From: Octopus vulgaris
Taxonomy: Eukaryota
DNA length: 64,000 nt
Reading direction: 5' to 3'
NCBI GenBank assembly: GCA_951406725.2
Contig: OX597816.1
Location: 8,370,001-8,434,000 of the forward strand
Positions 12,101 to 25,500 of this stretch are shown piece after piece. Both the position numbers and the translations under genes were made by a program. Numbering within the stretch: position 1 is the first letter of the stretch; the number at the start of each line of letters is the position of its first letter. The notes below the pieces were generated by a model. That model had not been told where the DNA came from and did not search any database. It saw nothing but the letters and a program-made list of their open reading frames with translations.

Positions 12101-15100
12101 ATAACATTCTTGCATTAATATTGCTGTAAATAGTGGAACTACATAAACAGGCAAGCACAAGTGTAGATGCCTTCCAGTAAAAATATTGATATTATTTTGT
12201 GAGTGTGGAGGATAAGTCATTGTCTATGAGTGGTAATTGATGCTATTAATGCACCATTGAAAGTGTTGTGGCTCAACACTTGCAGGAAAGACAAGATTTC
12301 AGAAGGTTGATGTTACGGGAAGAAAGGACTAGAAATAATGGTTAGGACCAAGTGGAATGAATACAGCAAGGGTGGCAAGAGGTTAGGGGTGGCTGGGTGG
12401 CAAGGATAGGAGACAAGCCAGCTCTGAAGAAGAGAGGCATTAGAGTGACATTAGAAAAGACAAAGAGAGGAGGCAGCACGCATGTGGGCCAGAAGGTGGA
12501 GTATGTCTGTAAATAATTGAATAACAATTAGGTGGGTAGCTCTTCTCTGAATGCAATCCAGGATATCTGTGTGTGTGTAGATACGGGAATGTTACTCCAC
12601 TGTGGCCATCAGTTGAGTCTCTAATCTTTTAAGACAGAGGTTCTCAATGTGAGTAGTATTGCCCCCAAGAAGGCACTAGGCTTTAGGGGGCAGTGAGGTA
12701 ACATAATTTTTACACTAAATTTTACCTAAAGTAAATAATTATATTATACCTGATAAAACTGGTAATGGTTATTAACACAAAATGAGATCTCATCTGGCAC
12801 AGAGCAGTGATTAATTTGTTAGGTATAAAGTAAACTTTCAACTTTTGTCTGTATCATTTTTTTATCATTTCCCAGTTAAAAGCTTATACAATCCATTTTT
12901 AGAGTAAAATTTATAAATTATCATCCATGTGAAGTTAGTTTAGTCATGATCCCTCACTCACCTCTTAGTGGGGTGCTACACAAAAAAGGTTAAGGCCCAC
13001 TGGTCTACTTCTTCATTAAATCCATACATCAGATAATATCCAGAATCCTTTTAATCTCATATGAATACTTTTTTTTGTCTGTCATAACCTTCTTAAATCT
13101 ACATCTTAAAAAAATAATCTGTCCTACATTTAGCAATAATTTCAGATCATCTTCAGGTTAAGGCTTGACTTGCTTCAAAAAAAAAAAGAAAAAACTCTTC
13201 CAGACATGTGCTTTGTTAGAAAAAAATTAAATGACACTGAAACATTTATATGTTTATGCCTAGTTGAACATGTGTAAGCTTGCTCTCTTAAGCTGGATTT
13301 CAACTAATATTTGTTCAGAATTAGTTGCAAAGCTGCTCACAATGTTAATCAATAAATTTCCCCCATATAGCTTCGTTACAGTGCACCAATTATAACGATG
13401 AAAACTTAAAGAAAGAAAGGAAATGTAACAATTCCCAGTTGCTGATTTGGTTTCCAATGTCAGCTTAGTGTTGTTAGCAGAGTACAATTACAAAGCAAGT
13501 GTTGTGAGTTGGGGACTTAACACCTCTCGGCTTTGTTAGAACATTAAAACAGAAGTGCTATGTAACTATGTAACCTGAGGTATACATTCAGAGGCAAGCA
13601 CTCATCACATCTATGAATAGAAGCTAATCACTACAGCAATGTAAGTTTAACAAAAGAAAATACCATAACCCATTCATGCCGATTGTCCATTTAAACTGAC
13701 CCTTAATTTATAAGGGTCATCATCATCATCGTTTAATGTCCGTTTTCCATGCTAGCATGGGTTAGACAGTTCGACCGGGGTCTGGGAAGCCAGGAGGCTG
13801 CACCAGGCTCCAGTCTGATCTAGCAGTGTTTCTACGGCTGGATACCCTCCCTAACGCCAACCATTCCGTGAGTGTAGTGGGTGCTTTTTACGTGCTAGGG
13901 GAGGCTGGCAACGGCCACGATCGGTTGGTGGTTTTTACATGCCACCGGCATGGAAGCCAGTCAAGGCGGCACTGGCATCGGCCATGTTCAGATGGTGCTT
14001 TTTACATGCCACTGGCACAGGGGTCACAACTACAATTTCCAAGCACAGGGTCGAAACGGTGTTTCTTTACTTGCCACCTGCACAGGAGTCAATCTAGCGG
14101 CACTGGCAACGGCTGGGTGCCAGTCATCAAATTTGGTTCAATTTCAATTTCGATTTCACTTGCCCCAACAGGTCTTTGCAAGCAGAGTTTAGTGTCCGAT
14201 GAAGGAAGGGTATAAAACGAATACTTGACACAAATTGTGACTTGTATATGATCTGTATCAAAGAATGGATCATGTTCTTAATGTGTATGCAGTCTCTATC
14301 AAACGGGTTTCAATGACATTTTTTTTCAGTTATTTAGGTCAAAATAATAATATTTGTGAATTTTCAGACAATTTCACTCACTGGAAAAACTTCAGCACAA
14401 ATGGATTAATTATTGTTGTTGTGAGTTAGTATTAAATATTTTAACTCAAGTAATCCTATAGATGGGAATTACCAACTGATTGAATGTCCCTGTCTTTTCA
14501 GTCTGTCATTTCCTCTTTATTATTGGGTATCTTATCCTAAAATTTAGGATTTAAATGAATGCTTCTCAATATAAATTGAGAGTAAGGCAACGAGCTGGCA
14601 GAGTCGTTAGCACACCTGGCAAAATGCTTAGTGGCATTTCATTTGCCTTTATGTTCTGAGTTCAAATTCAACCAAAGTTGGCTTTGCCTTTTATCCTTTT
14701 GGGGTCAATAAAATAAGTACCAGTTGAGCACTGGGGTCAATGTAATCAACTTATCCCTCCCCCTCCTCTGAACTTGCTGGCCTTGTGCCAAAATTAGAAA
14801 CCAACATAGAGAGTTTGTTAGAGGAAATTATTCATACAACTCTGTTGAGTATATTGAAAACTAATTTTAAATATTTTGAATTGTGAGGTGGGGATTGTTT
14901 AAATGTCTGTAAATTGTTTTTTTTTATTTATGACAAATAATGAAATGTTCACTCACCCTGCTAAGTGGTAGGTTTGTAAGGTTATGTATCCATTTTCCAG
15001 AGTATAATTTCTAAAGAAAGGAGTACAGGTGTTGTCGTTCTTTGCCGTCAGCACATGTAAACAGCCACTGACTTCGTTATCTTCCAGTGTCGGTGGTGCT

Positions 15101-18100
15101 GGCAAGTTGATGGTTATAGGAATGGTAAACGGAACGTCAGTGTTGGGGGTTAGCATCACAATAACACTTACGGAAAGTATGTTGTTCAGGAGAGGGTCTT
15201 GGATTTGAGCCGACAGAATGGCGTCTTCACTGATACTAATTACCTGCATTAATCACCAAAAAATAAAAAAATAAAAGGCAAGACATGCATGTAATCAGTT
15301 TATCAGCTGCTCAAATATTAATAGTAAATGTAATATAAGGTACTTTCAGGAAGCTATACTCTATCATTCTAAGGGACCACAATTGAGATATTTGCTTGTG
15401 AAAGCTTTTACTTTTATATCATCATCATCATTGTTTAGCGACCGTTTTCCATGCTAGCATGGGTTGGACGGTTCAACTGGGGTCTGGGAAGCCCGAAAGC
15501 TGCACCAGGCCCAGTCAGATCTGGCAGTGTTTCTACAGCTGGATGCCCTTCCTAACGCCAACCACTCCGTGAGTGTAGTGGGTGCTTTTTACGTGCCACC
15601 TGCACAGGTGCCAGACGAGGCTGGCGAACGGCCACGCTCGGATGGTGTTTTTTATGTGCCACTGGCACGGGGGCCAGGCAAGGCTGGCTCGGTCACGATC
15701 GGATGGTGTTTGTTATGTGCCACCAGCACGGAGACCAGTCGATGCGGTACTGGCTACGGCCACGTTCGGATGGCTTTCTTATGTGCCACCGGCACTGGTA
15801 CCACAAAACTACAAATTCCATTGATGTTCATCGATTTTGATTTGATTCTTTGATTTTTGATTTTCACTTGCCTCAACAGGTCTTCACATATATATATATA
15901 TATATATATATATTAATTAGGGAATAAAAATTCTGGCGTCACAAGGATTCAAATAAAATGAATTATTCTCGATAAGGAAATATATGTCATTGATTTAGAG
16001 ATAGAAGCCCCCATGCAATTCATCAAATCCTGATATACATCACACCATATCATGGAATTTTATTTTAATACTTACTATTTCAGTTCCAAATTTCTCTTCT
16101 ACACGTGTTTCATGAGGTGCATTTAACGTTCCCGAGACCCTCAGTCTTTTTCAGAAACATGTCTTAACTGCAAGCCTCAATCATCAGGACTCTGCATAAC
16201 TTATTTATAACTCTGTAACTATTCCTCTATATTTTTATATTTTATCAGTTGCAAATGTAACTAACAAACATGCGGGTGTGCATATATATATATATATAAA
16301 TTATTGCTTCGGTTAGATTTCTGTTTATATACTGGGGGTTTTTTTGGGTTTTTTTCCTTAAATATTTTAAATTCAAATTTCTGATGAAACATTGTCTTGG
16401 TATCTCTTCTGGCAGTCTACCCTTTTGAGAAGAAACTCTTTAAACTGAATTAAGTTTTAAAGTCTAAATATATCAGGATTTGTTATTGTTTAAATACTCT
16501 GGATTGCCAATTCAGTCTTCATCTTATTGCAAGGAACTGGACATTACAACTTGGGTATTCTGGATTTTTGTTGGAGAGGTTCCTGTTTATAAACCAACTC
16601 ACATTTGGCAATACCTGTACTGTAGCTGACTTGACCCATCAACAATGTGGTTGTATGCTTGAAGGATTAGTTTGTGAACCACTTAATTTACTGTAAATGT
16701 GGTGAAACAACTGCTGAGTAAGACACCATATCTAGCATTTTTTTGACTTGTAGAAGGCCTTTGATAGGATTCCATGCTCAGTCATCTGGTGCTCATTAAG
16801 GAAACTAGGTGTAGACGAATGGCTTGCTAGGGTTGTACAATCTATGTATATGTGTGCAGTTAGTAAAATGAGTCTGCAATACGTTGAGCAATTAATTTGG
16901 CATGAAGACAGGAACACATTTAGGTTCAATCCTCATTTGTAGTCTTACAGGCCATCAGAGAGGAGTTCAAGACCTACTGTTGATGCGAATTCCTATATGC
17001 TGATGATCTGGTTCCTATAGCTGAATCTATAAAAGAATTAGAGAAGAAATTCTAGGTTTGGAAACAAAACCTCGAATTTGAGTGGCTTCCCTTCTTTTCT
17101 TTTCTTTTTCTTTTTAACGATCCCCAGATGTTGCATTTATCTTTCCATCATATTGTGAATGAAATTTACAAAAAAAAGTGGGGCAAATTTATCTTTTGCT
17201 TGTTTCGGTCATTAGACTGCAGCCATGCTGGGGCACCACCCTGAAGAATTTTGAACAAATCAACCCCAGTACATTTTTTTTTTTCAGCCTGGTACTTATT
17301 CTATCAAGGTCACTTTTGCCAAACTGCTAAGTTGAGTGATGGTATAATTCTTTAACGATGTACTTGTCTGACATTGGAAACATTTGCAAGATTTTCTTGT
17401 TATATTTAGCCTAATCTGAAACCCCTGAGGTTCTCTGCTAATTCTAAAAGAAAATAGCAACATCTTTGCACAAATTGGATTTTAGATGCATTTTTACACA
17501 TTATGGAGTGTAGTACATGCTTGTATTGCACACGTTATGGGTTGGCTCTATCCATGATCTAAATGTGCCACCTGCACAGGAGCCAGTCCAGTGGCACTGG
17601 CAACAACCTCGCTCGAATAGCAAAAACAGAAACTAATAGAACAAGTACCAGTCTTGAAATAATCTCTGGGAACAATTTGATTGGCTAAAAAAACAAAGCT
17701 TTGAAAGTGATGCTGTAGCATGGCCGTAGTCTAGCAATCTAACTAATCATTCCCTGTTGTGTAAGCTGTTTGAGAATTATCTGAGTACAAAGAAGACAAC
17801 TGAGGAATGAAATTTTCCTTAAGTGCATCCATGTAGAAATGTTCAGTTAATGGATTATATTGGCATCTATTTTAAACAGTCACAAAATTTCATAGATTTC
17901 AAAAATTGAAGATTTTGAATGAAATTTCATAATCTATAAAAATGTTTCCACTCACCTGCATGATAACCTGTAGGTGTTGTTCCACATTATTATCACTTGG
18001 TATATTTAAAGAGATGTTAGAGTTGTCTGAGGAAACAAACTCTCCTCCAGCCTCTGTTATGCTGAATATCTCTTTAAATACCTTCACCAGACCGTGTGCT

Positions 18101-18367
18101 CTTGGATTGGCCACTGTTGCATTAGAATCACTACAGCCACATGAAATAGTTTCATCAAAGCTGAACTGGACTGTCGGCCTGCAATGGAATTTATGTTTCA
18201 GGTTTTGCTTTTAGCCCATTTAAAATAGTTTGGTTAAAGAGTTAATTTCTTAGGTCTCTCAGTTTCTCACTTCTAATATAGATGAAGGCGCATGGCTTAG
18301 TGGTCAGGGCAGTGTTTCTATACCATATCTTTCTTGTATTTTTTTCATTGTAGTTCAAGTGGTAAAT

Positions 18368-18401
<34 letters not shown>

Positions 18402-19504
18402 GGTTGTTATATTTTTCGATAACATAATAGGTTAGATAGGATGATGTCTATATTACAATATTACAATAACCAATAATATGTTGTGCATGTATAGTAAGTA
18501 ATATTAAGATCATGAAATTAGCATTAGCCTATCTCACTCTTTCTCGCGGAAACCTTGGTTTCCGGGGGAACCCCAGTTGAGAAACACTGGGTTAGGGTAT
18601 TCAACTCACAATTGTAAGATCAAGAGTTCAGTCCCCAGCAGTATGTTGTGTCCCTGAGCAGGTCACTTTATTTCCCATTGCTCCTGTCCACTCAGCTGGA
18701 AGAAAGGATTTGTATTTCAAATGACCGGCCCCTTCGCATTCTGTGTCATGCTAAATCTCCTTGAGAACTGCATCAAGGGTACACGTGTCCATGGAATGCC
18801 CAGCCACTTGCCTGTTAATTATTTGACAAGTAGGCTGTTCTGTTGATCGAATCAACAGGAACACTTGTCATCGTAATCAATAGAGTATCAGTTTGTTTGT
18901 TTTTTTCTTTCCTCTCCTTCCAATCTGTCTCTCTACTCCAAGATTTCCATTCTAAATGAAACATACTTTATCCAACTGTTCTCAAATAAGATTTCAGTGG
19001 AAATATTTATCTTTTACTTGCTCCAGTCACACTGCACCCATGCTGGGTCACTGCCTTGAAAAATTTTAGTACAACAAATCAATATTAGTACCTTTCTTTT
19101 TTAAGCTTGGTAGTTATTCCATCAGCCTGTAAGTAACCGGTGTGTAAACAAACCAACACTGATTACCAAGCAGTTGTGGGGGACAAACACAGACACAAAG
19201 GCAATCATACCTATCATCATCACCATCATCATTTAACGTCTGTTGTCCATGCTGGCATGGGTTGGACAGTTTGACTGGGCTGGCAAGGTTTCTACAGCTG
19301 GATGCCCTTCCTAACGCCAACCACTCCGAGAGTGTAGTGGGTGCTTTTATGTGCCACCAACATGGGTGCCAATTTGCGTGACACCGGTATCTGCCACAAA
19401 TGCAATTTTGCTTGGCTTGATGGGTTGTCTTCTCAAGCACGACATAAAACCAAATGTCTTGGTCATTGCCTCTGTGAGGCCCAATGCTTGAGAGGTGCTC
19501 TTTA

Positions 19505-19536
<32 letters not shown>

Positions 19537-22500
19537 AACACACACGCACACGACAGGCTTCTTTCAGTTTCCATCTATTAAGTCCACTCACAAGGCTTTG
19601 GCCAGCCCAAAACTAGTAGAGGATACTTGTTCAAGGTGCCACGCTGTGGGATTGAACCCAGAACCAGATTGGGAAACAAGCTTCTTACTAAACACCTGCA
19701 CCTACAATGCTTATATAATTATTTTTCTTTTCACCTTCAAGGTTATATTTTTTCTGAAACTAATCTAGAAATGTAATTATGTACTAATTATCAGAAAAAT
19801 TCCTGTTCATAACATCTGTTGTACTCACCAGTTGGTATTCCTGTGTTGTTCTGGTTCTGGTTCCAGCCAGTCGTGAATGGTCATCATCGTGCTGGATCAT
19901 TTGAAGAGACATCGCTAGCAATACTGACCTCAATCTCATCGGCAAAACCACTCGTGCTGTCGCTTGTGTGAAGGTTTCGTTTGCTGTCCGTGCTTTTAGA
20001 GTAAGCATGGAGCCATTGGCTTCCTCCTCTGTTTAAGATTTGCCTTTGGTTGGATACATTTGATATTGAGTTGGCATCCGTGTTATTCCATGCCTGAGCC
20101 TTATATGATGGCATCGTGTAATGGGTTGTGTCGTATTCTAATAAAGCCGTGTTCTTCAACAATGTCCCCGTCTGGCATTGGAAGCGTTTGCACTGTTTTC
20201 TTTTTGTATATTGGTTATCTCCAGTAAAACTTTTCACTGAGGAATATTGCTTCGGAGGTTTCGCTTCGAGGCACTTCTTCTGAATTAAGTTGCTTTCGTG
20301 TTTTTTCATAAAGTGTTTCTTTGCTGTGATGAATTCGTTTCTCTGTGAGTTTGTCTCTTGTTCTCCGTTGCAGTTTTCAGTATTGAAATATTCCAAACTT
20401 GTAATTTGAGGAATATATGGGGGTACGCTCGTTAACCTGTTGTTGCTAATATCCAGTGTGCGTAGGTGCTTTAGTCTTACTATTTCATAAGGTATGGACT
20501 TTATGTGATTGTCGTTAACAATCAGGTGTTCCAGTCGTTTCAATTGATAGAAGCCGTGAGGTAATTGACTCAATCTGTTGTGACTGACGTTCAGTGATAA
20601 CAAATTCTTCATTTTTCCTATTGTAAAATTATAGATTTGATTGTTAGAAAGATTCAGGTACATCAAACTCGTGAAGCCATTCGGTACGTGCTTAATTTTA
20701 TTTCCTTGAATGTGGAGTATTCTCAGGTATGGCAGCTGCTGTAGAGATGTTGGCACTTCCGTCAGTTGATTGTAACTCAGGTTCAGATACTTCATCTTCT
20801 TTAATTTGTTCATCGATAAACACACAGACATTAAGTTATTGTATGAGACGTTGAGTTCTCGCAAGTTCTTCAAATTATCCAAACAAGGTATTATATAAGT
20901 CAATAAGTTTCTACTAAAATTTAAGGATTTAGTGTTGCATAACGAGCATATAACTGGAGGAAGCTGCTCAAAAAGATTCTCTGATAAATCTAATTCTTGC
21001 AATTTTTTGAGACTTGCCATTGAATTTGGCAGATTCTGTAAATTGTTTTTATGAATGTCGAATTTGCACAATTTATCTAAATAACTAATTTGATATGGTA
21101 TATCTTTGATTTGGTTGTTTGCTATTTTGAGGATTTTGAGTTGTTTTAAGAAAATGATGGCTTGTGGAAAAGAGATGAAATTGTTACTAGTGAGATCCAA
21201 ATACCGCAGTTGGCGACAGTATGTTATTTCTCTGGGAATGGTCATTAGTCTGTTTTTCTGTAATTGCAAAACACTTAACGATGCTAACATGGCAATGTCA
21301 CTTGGTAGATATTCCAGAAAATTCTCTTGTAAAATTAATACTTTGATTGCTGGATACCTGAACACACTGGATGGTATTGCAACTAATCGATGCCTTCGTA
21401 AGTCAAGCTCCAAATTACCATTTAGATTATATCTCAGTTGATATCTGATAGAATCCATGTTAATTCATAAAATATCAGCTTGTTATAACATAATGGTACT
21501 TGATAAAAGAAGCATTTTCAAATGCCCTGAGGTGAAACAAAAAAAATTGTTTGCTCTTCTCAAAATAAAAAGAAAATAGTGAAAACCAGTCTTACAAAGA
21601 AAACTGTGAAGGAAGCAAATGAAATCTTCTTTTTGTGGGGAGACCCTCAAGAAACGAACTGTTACGTCAAGTGAAAAGCAGAGAAGTGACAAGTAGAATT
21701 TCTGTTATGGTGAAGAGGATTGTATGAAGTGTAAGACAAGATTACGACTGTACACTCTGACTTATCTGTTTTATCATCTCTTGGTACTTGTGTTGTTGAT
21801 TCCAAATCAGAATGAAATACTTTAGAATAATTTTTAAAGAATATGTTAATTCCACATTTCTGACAAAAGGTTATAATTACAGTAAATCTTTTTATGGCTG
21901 TTCATCTCCTCATTTTTCATTCCAACTTAAACATGGAATTCCCTGTATTCCATAACTTACAATAGTATCCATTATTTCACTGGCAGGTATTATATTTTAT
22001 TTGGGTCCATATCTAAATTACTAAAACATTATTCAGAAATTTTAATAGGTTTGTTTTAGATAGAGGCACTTACTAAAAAGAAAAAGATTGTGAAAACCAC
22101 AAAAAAAATTGGTATTTTGACCACAAAGCATTCATGTCAATCAATTTTAAGATTTTAGAAACTGTTTGTTGTATTGTATATTTTAGTACTTTGCATTTAG
22201 TAAATATTAAAAGAAATAGTCAAACTATTTGGAAACCATTTCTCTATTTTAGTATCATATTATCAGTTGTAAAGTTTTACTTGAACGCTTCATCTTCCTT
22301 GTTAAAATTCCTTGATAATTATTCCTTGATAAAATTATTTTTTTTAGAATTATGAAATTAGTTATCGAAATTCTTAAATTTTCATCATTGGTATTAGTAT
22401 TGTTGTATATTTAATAAATTATTATAACTCAGTGTTTCAGGTCACATATTAGAGACATTCTTACAAAAAAAATTTAAAATAAAACATAATTTTTTCTCTT

Positions 22501-25500
22501 CATTTCATCTGAATAAAGTAAAACCGATTATTACAGCACAAACTCATCTTTGACATTTGATATTTATCTTCGGTGGACTTGTTGTGGATAATCTATTGTT
22601 TCTTTAACATTTGAAAATATGAAATCAACAATGAGTATTGGATGTGTGCAAAAACCATACGTTCTTACCTCATTCAACTGGTTATTTACTACTCTCAGCT
22701 TCCGAAAGCCTCCGTCTCTGACAACATTTTAAACTTTAATTCATATCTTGCATTTTGTTTTCTCTTGTGCTTTAAAATCCTATTTCAACTACATTTCGAC
22801 ACTCCGTTTATCCGTGTTCAGCTGTTTGCAGTCTCCATGACAATGTCAGCTGAACAATTTGCCAACCAACTTTCCCAGCTTGCTCTGTTTATTTAATCTC
22901 ACCAGCAAAATAGAAAAAACAAAGCCTCAAATAGGATTACTCGTAATGATCTCCTTACAAAAATGACTCTTATTTACTGGTTCCAGGCTTGTTTGTTTTG
23001 ACTCACCAAGTGAGAATGGATTTTTTACTACCTCCACACTATTATATTTTAACGGATGTAATTTTATTATTGACTTAGGAGTCAATAATATCTTTATTGC
23101 TCCTTTCTACTGATTTGCCCTTGTAATATTGGTTTCCCTTCGACCCTATCTGACTTCAAAAAAAAAAAAAAACCAAGGCGGCGAGCTGGCAGAAACGTTA
23201 GCATGCCGGGCGAAATGCATAGCCGTATTTCGTCTGGTGTTACATTCTGAGTTCAAATTCCGCCAAGGTCGACTTTGCCTTTCATCCTATCAGGGTCGAT
23301 AAATTAAGTACCAGTTACACACTGGAGTCGATGTAATCGACTTGATCCGTTTGTCTGTCCTTGTTTGTCCCCTCTGTGTATAGCCCCTTGTGGATAAAGA
23401 AACAAATATTGGTTTTACATCAAATTTAGCCCCTTAAAAACAAACATACTTGTTTCAAATGCTAGACAAAATCTTTTTTCATATTTTTATCAATTTTGGT
23501 GATTATCCATGGAGAGTTTGCTAAAAAAAATTTTTTTTTTTTTTGTTTTATCTTCTAGATTGCAAGAAGCAATCTCGTATGGCCAGTCTCTCTAAAGAAA
23601 GAGATACCATTCAAATTGCTATCAGAGCCTACAAATCAATGTTTGAAACCACAGAACAGCTTATAAATGAATTAAAAAGTAAGTATGCCTTTGTATATAA
23701 CTGCTAATAACAACTTTCATTTTATTAAATCTCAGAGGAATGTGTCATTCTTTGGGAGGTGGAGTAACATCTTAGATTTCCATTTTTTATGTTATTTCAA
23801 GTTCATCATTTATTAATGAATTTCTTGTGATTTAATTTACTCTCAATTAAAGAAGTGAATGTCTTAATGGCATTTGATTGTAGAGATTTTGAATCAAAGG
23901 TTTGGATCTGGCATTGTGTTCATTTTCCAACCACTTCGTTCTGGACCTGATATCAAAGTGTACCATTAGAAATGTTGTGAAGGCGGCAAGCTGGCAGAAG
24001 CGTTAGCATGCCAGGTGAAATACTTAGTGGTATTTCGTCTGCTGTTATGTTCTGAGTTTAAATTTCGCCGAGGTCGACTTTGCTTTTCATCCTTTCAGGG
24101 TCGATAAATTAAGTACCGGTTACACACTGGGGTCGATGTAATCGACTTAGTCCCATTGTTTGTCCCCTCTATGTTTAGCCCCTTGTGGCCAAAAAAGAAA
24201 TAAGGTATGTTGTGAACCACTGATGGATTCACTGGAAACCTCTAACATTGCTTAGTATCCACTAGTTGTGATACAAACGTGGTGTCTGTTGTAGCAGGAA
24301 GCATGTGTTGGAGTTTTCGAAGCATAGTTGAATAAGATATTTCCTATCCTGGATAGCAATGCTCGTCAGCTGCAAGATTTTGTCAAACTGCTACAACAAA
24401 TCACAATGAGTCGGCAATTATAGTCCATCTTCCTCCACAATTATCTGCAGAGATTTAGCTGTACCTCCATGTAACACTTGTTAACAGCTAAATGCACTGG
24501 AAAGGGAAATTGTTCCGAATGTCATGGTCTAAAACAACAAAATTGGCACCCCATTGGTTACAAAGGGTTCCAGTTGACTTAATCAGCAGAATAATAGCGT
24601 GCTCCTAAAATTAACATACAAGTGACTGAACCACTTTCTATCAGCTAGAAAGACTAGAATAATATCCTTTGGTTTAAAAGAGTAAACCATAGAAATTACC
24701 AGGAATATTTCCAAGATTAGAAGCTTCCTCCTCAGAATGCTGAAAAGAGATCATCTTTAGTTATCAAATAAACTACCATATTCTGTTGTACACTGTCTTT
24801 TGTCTTCTACTTGTTTCAGTCATTTTGACAGTGGCCATGCTGGAGCACCGCCTTTAGTTGAACAAATCGACCCCAGGACTTATTCTTTGTAAGCCTAGTA
24901 CTTATTCTATTGGTGGTCTCTTTTGCTGAAACACACCAACATCAGTTGTCAGGCGATGTTGGGGGGACAAACACACACATATATACATACGCAAGCTTCT
25001 TTCAGTTTCCATCTACCAAATCCACTTACAGGGCTTTGGTCGGCCCGAAGCTATAGTAGAAGACACTTTCCCAAGGTGCCACGCAGTGGGACTGAGCCTG
25101 GAATCATGTGGTTGGGAAGCAAGCTACTTACCACACAGCCACTCCTGCGCCCTATGTATGTATAATGAGCTCCTTTCAGTTTCTGCTTACCAAATCCACT
25201 CGCAAGGCTTTGGTTGGCTTGGGGCCATGGTAGAAGACACTTTCCCAAGGTGCCACGCAGTGGGACTGAACCTGGAACCATGTAGTTCATAAGCAAGCTA
25301 CTTACCACACAGCCACTCCTACACCTATTGAACAAATATATAGGCAGAATCTACAATCAGCTAATGACAATCATAAAAGCTTTTATATTACAACAGCCTT
25401 CGTCCAGATGTTTATTCCTTACCTAAAATTGATACGAGTTCTTGATCATCATCATCATCATTGTTTAACGTCCGTTTTCCATGCTAGCATGGGTTGGACA

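Noticed and set aside
13260-13405. Phase-compatible minus-strand segment ([15 protein letters not shown]...) as terminal exon of the nested gene
   Set aside because: Weaker acceptor (AAG) and poorer fit than 10335-10419; not excluded as an alternative, needs RNA-seq.
19881-19886. TGA TGA as selenocysteine, readthrough or A-to-I-edited Trp codons
   Set aside because: Reading through stays in a frame that splices out of phase with the ZU5 exon and stops about 30 codons later; it does not restore the protein.
21106-21441. Plus-strand 111-aa ORF
   Set aside because: Antisense shadow of the LRR exon.
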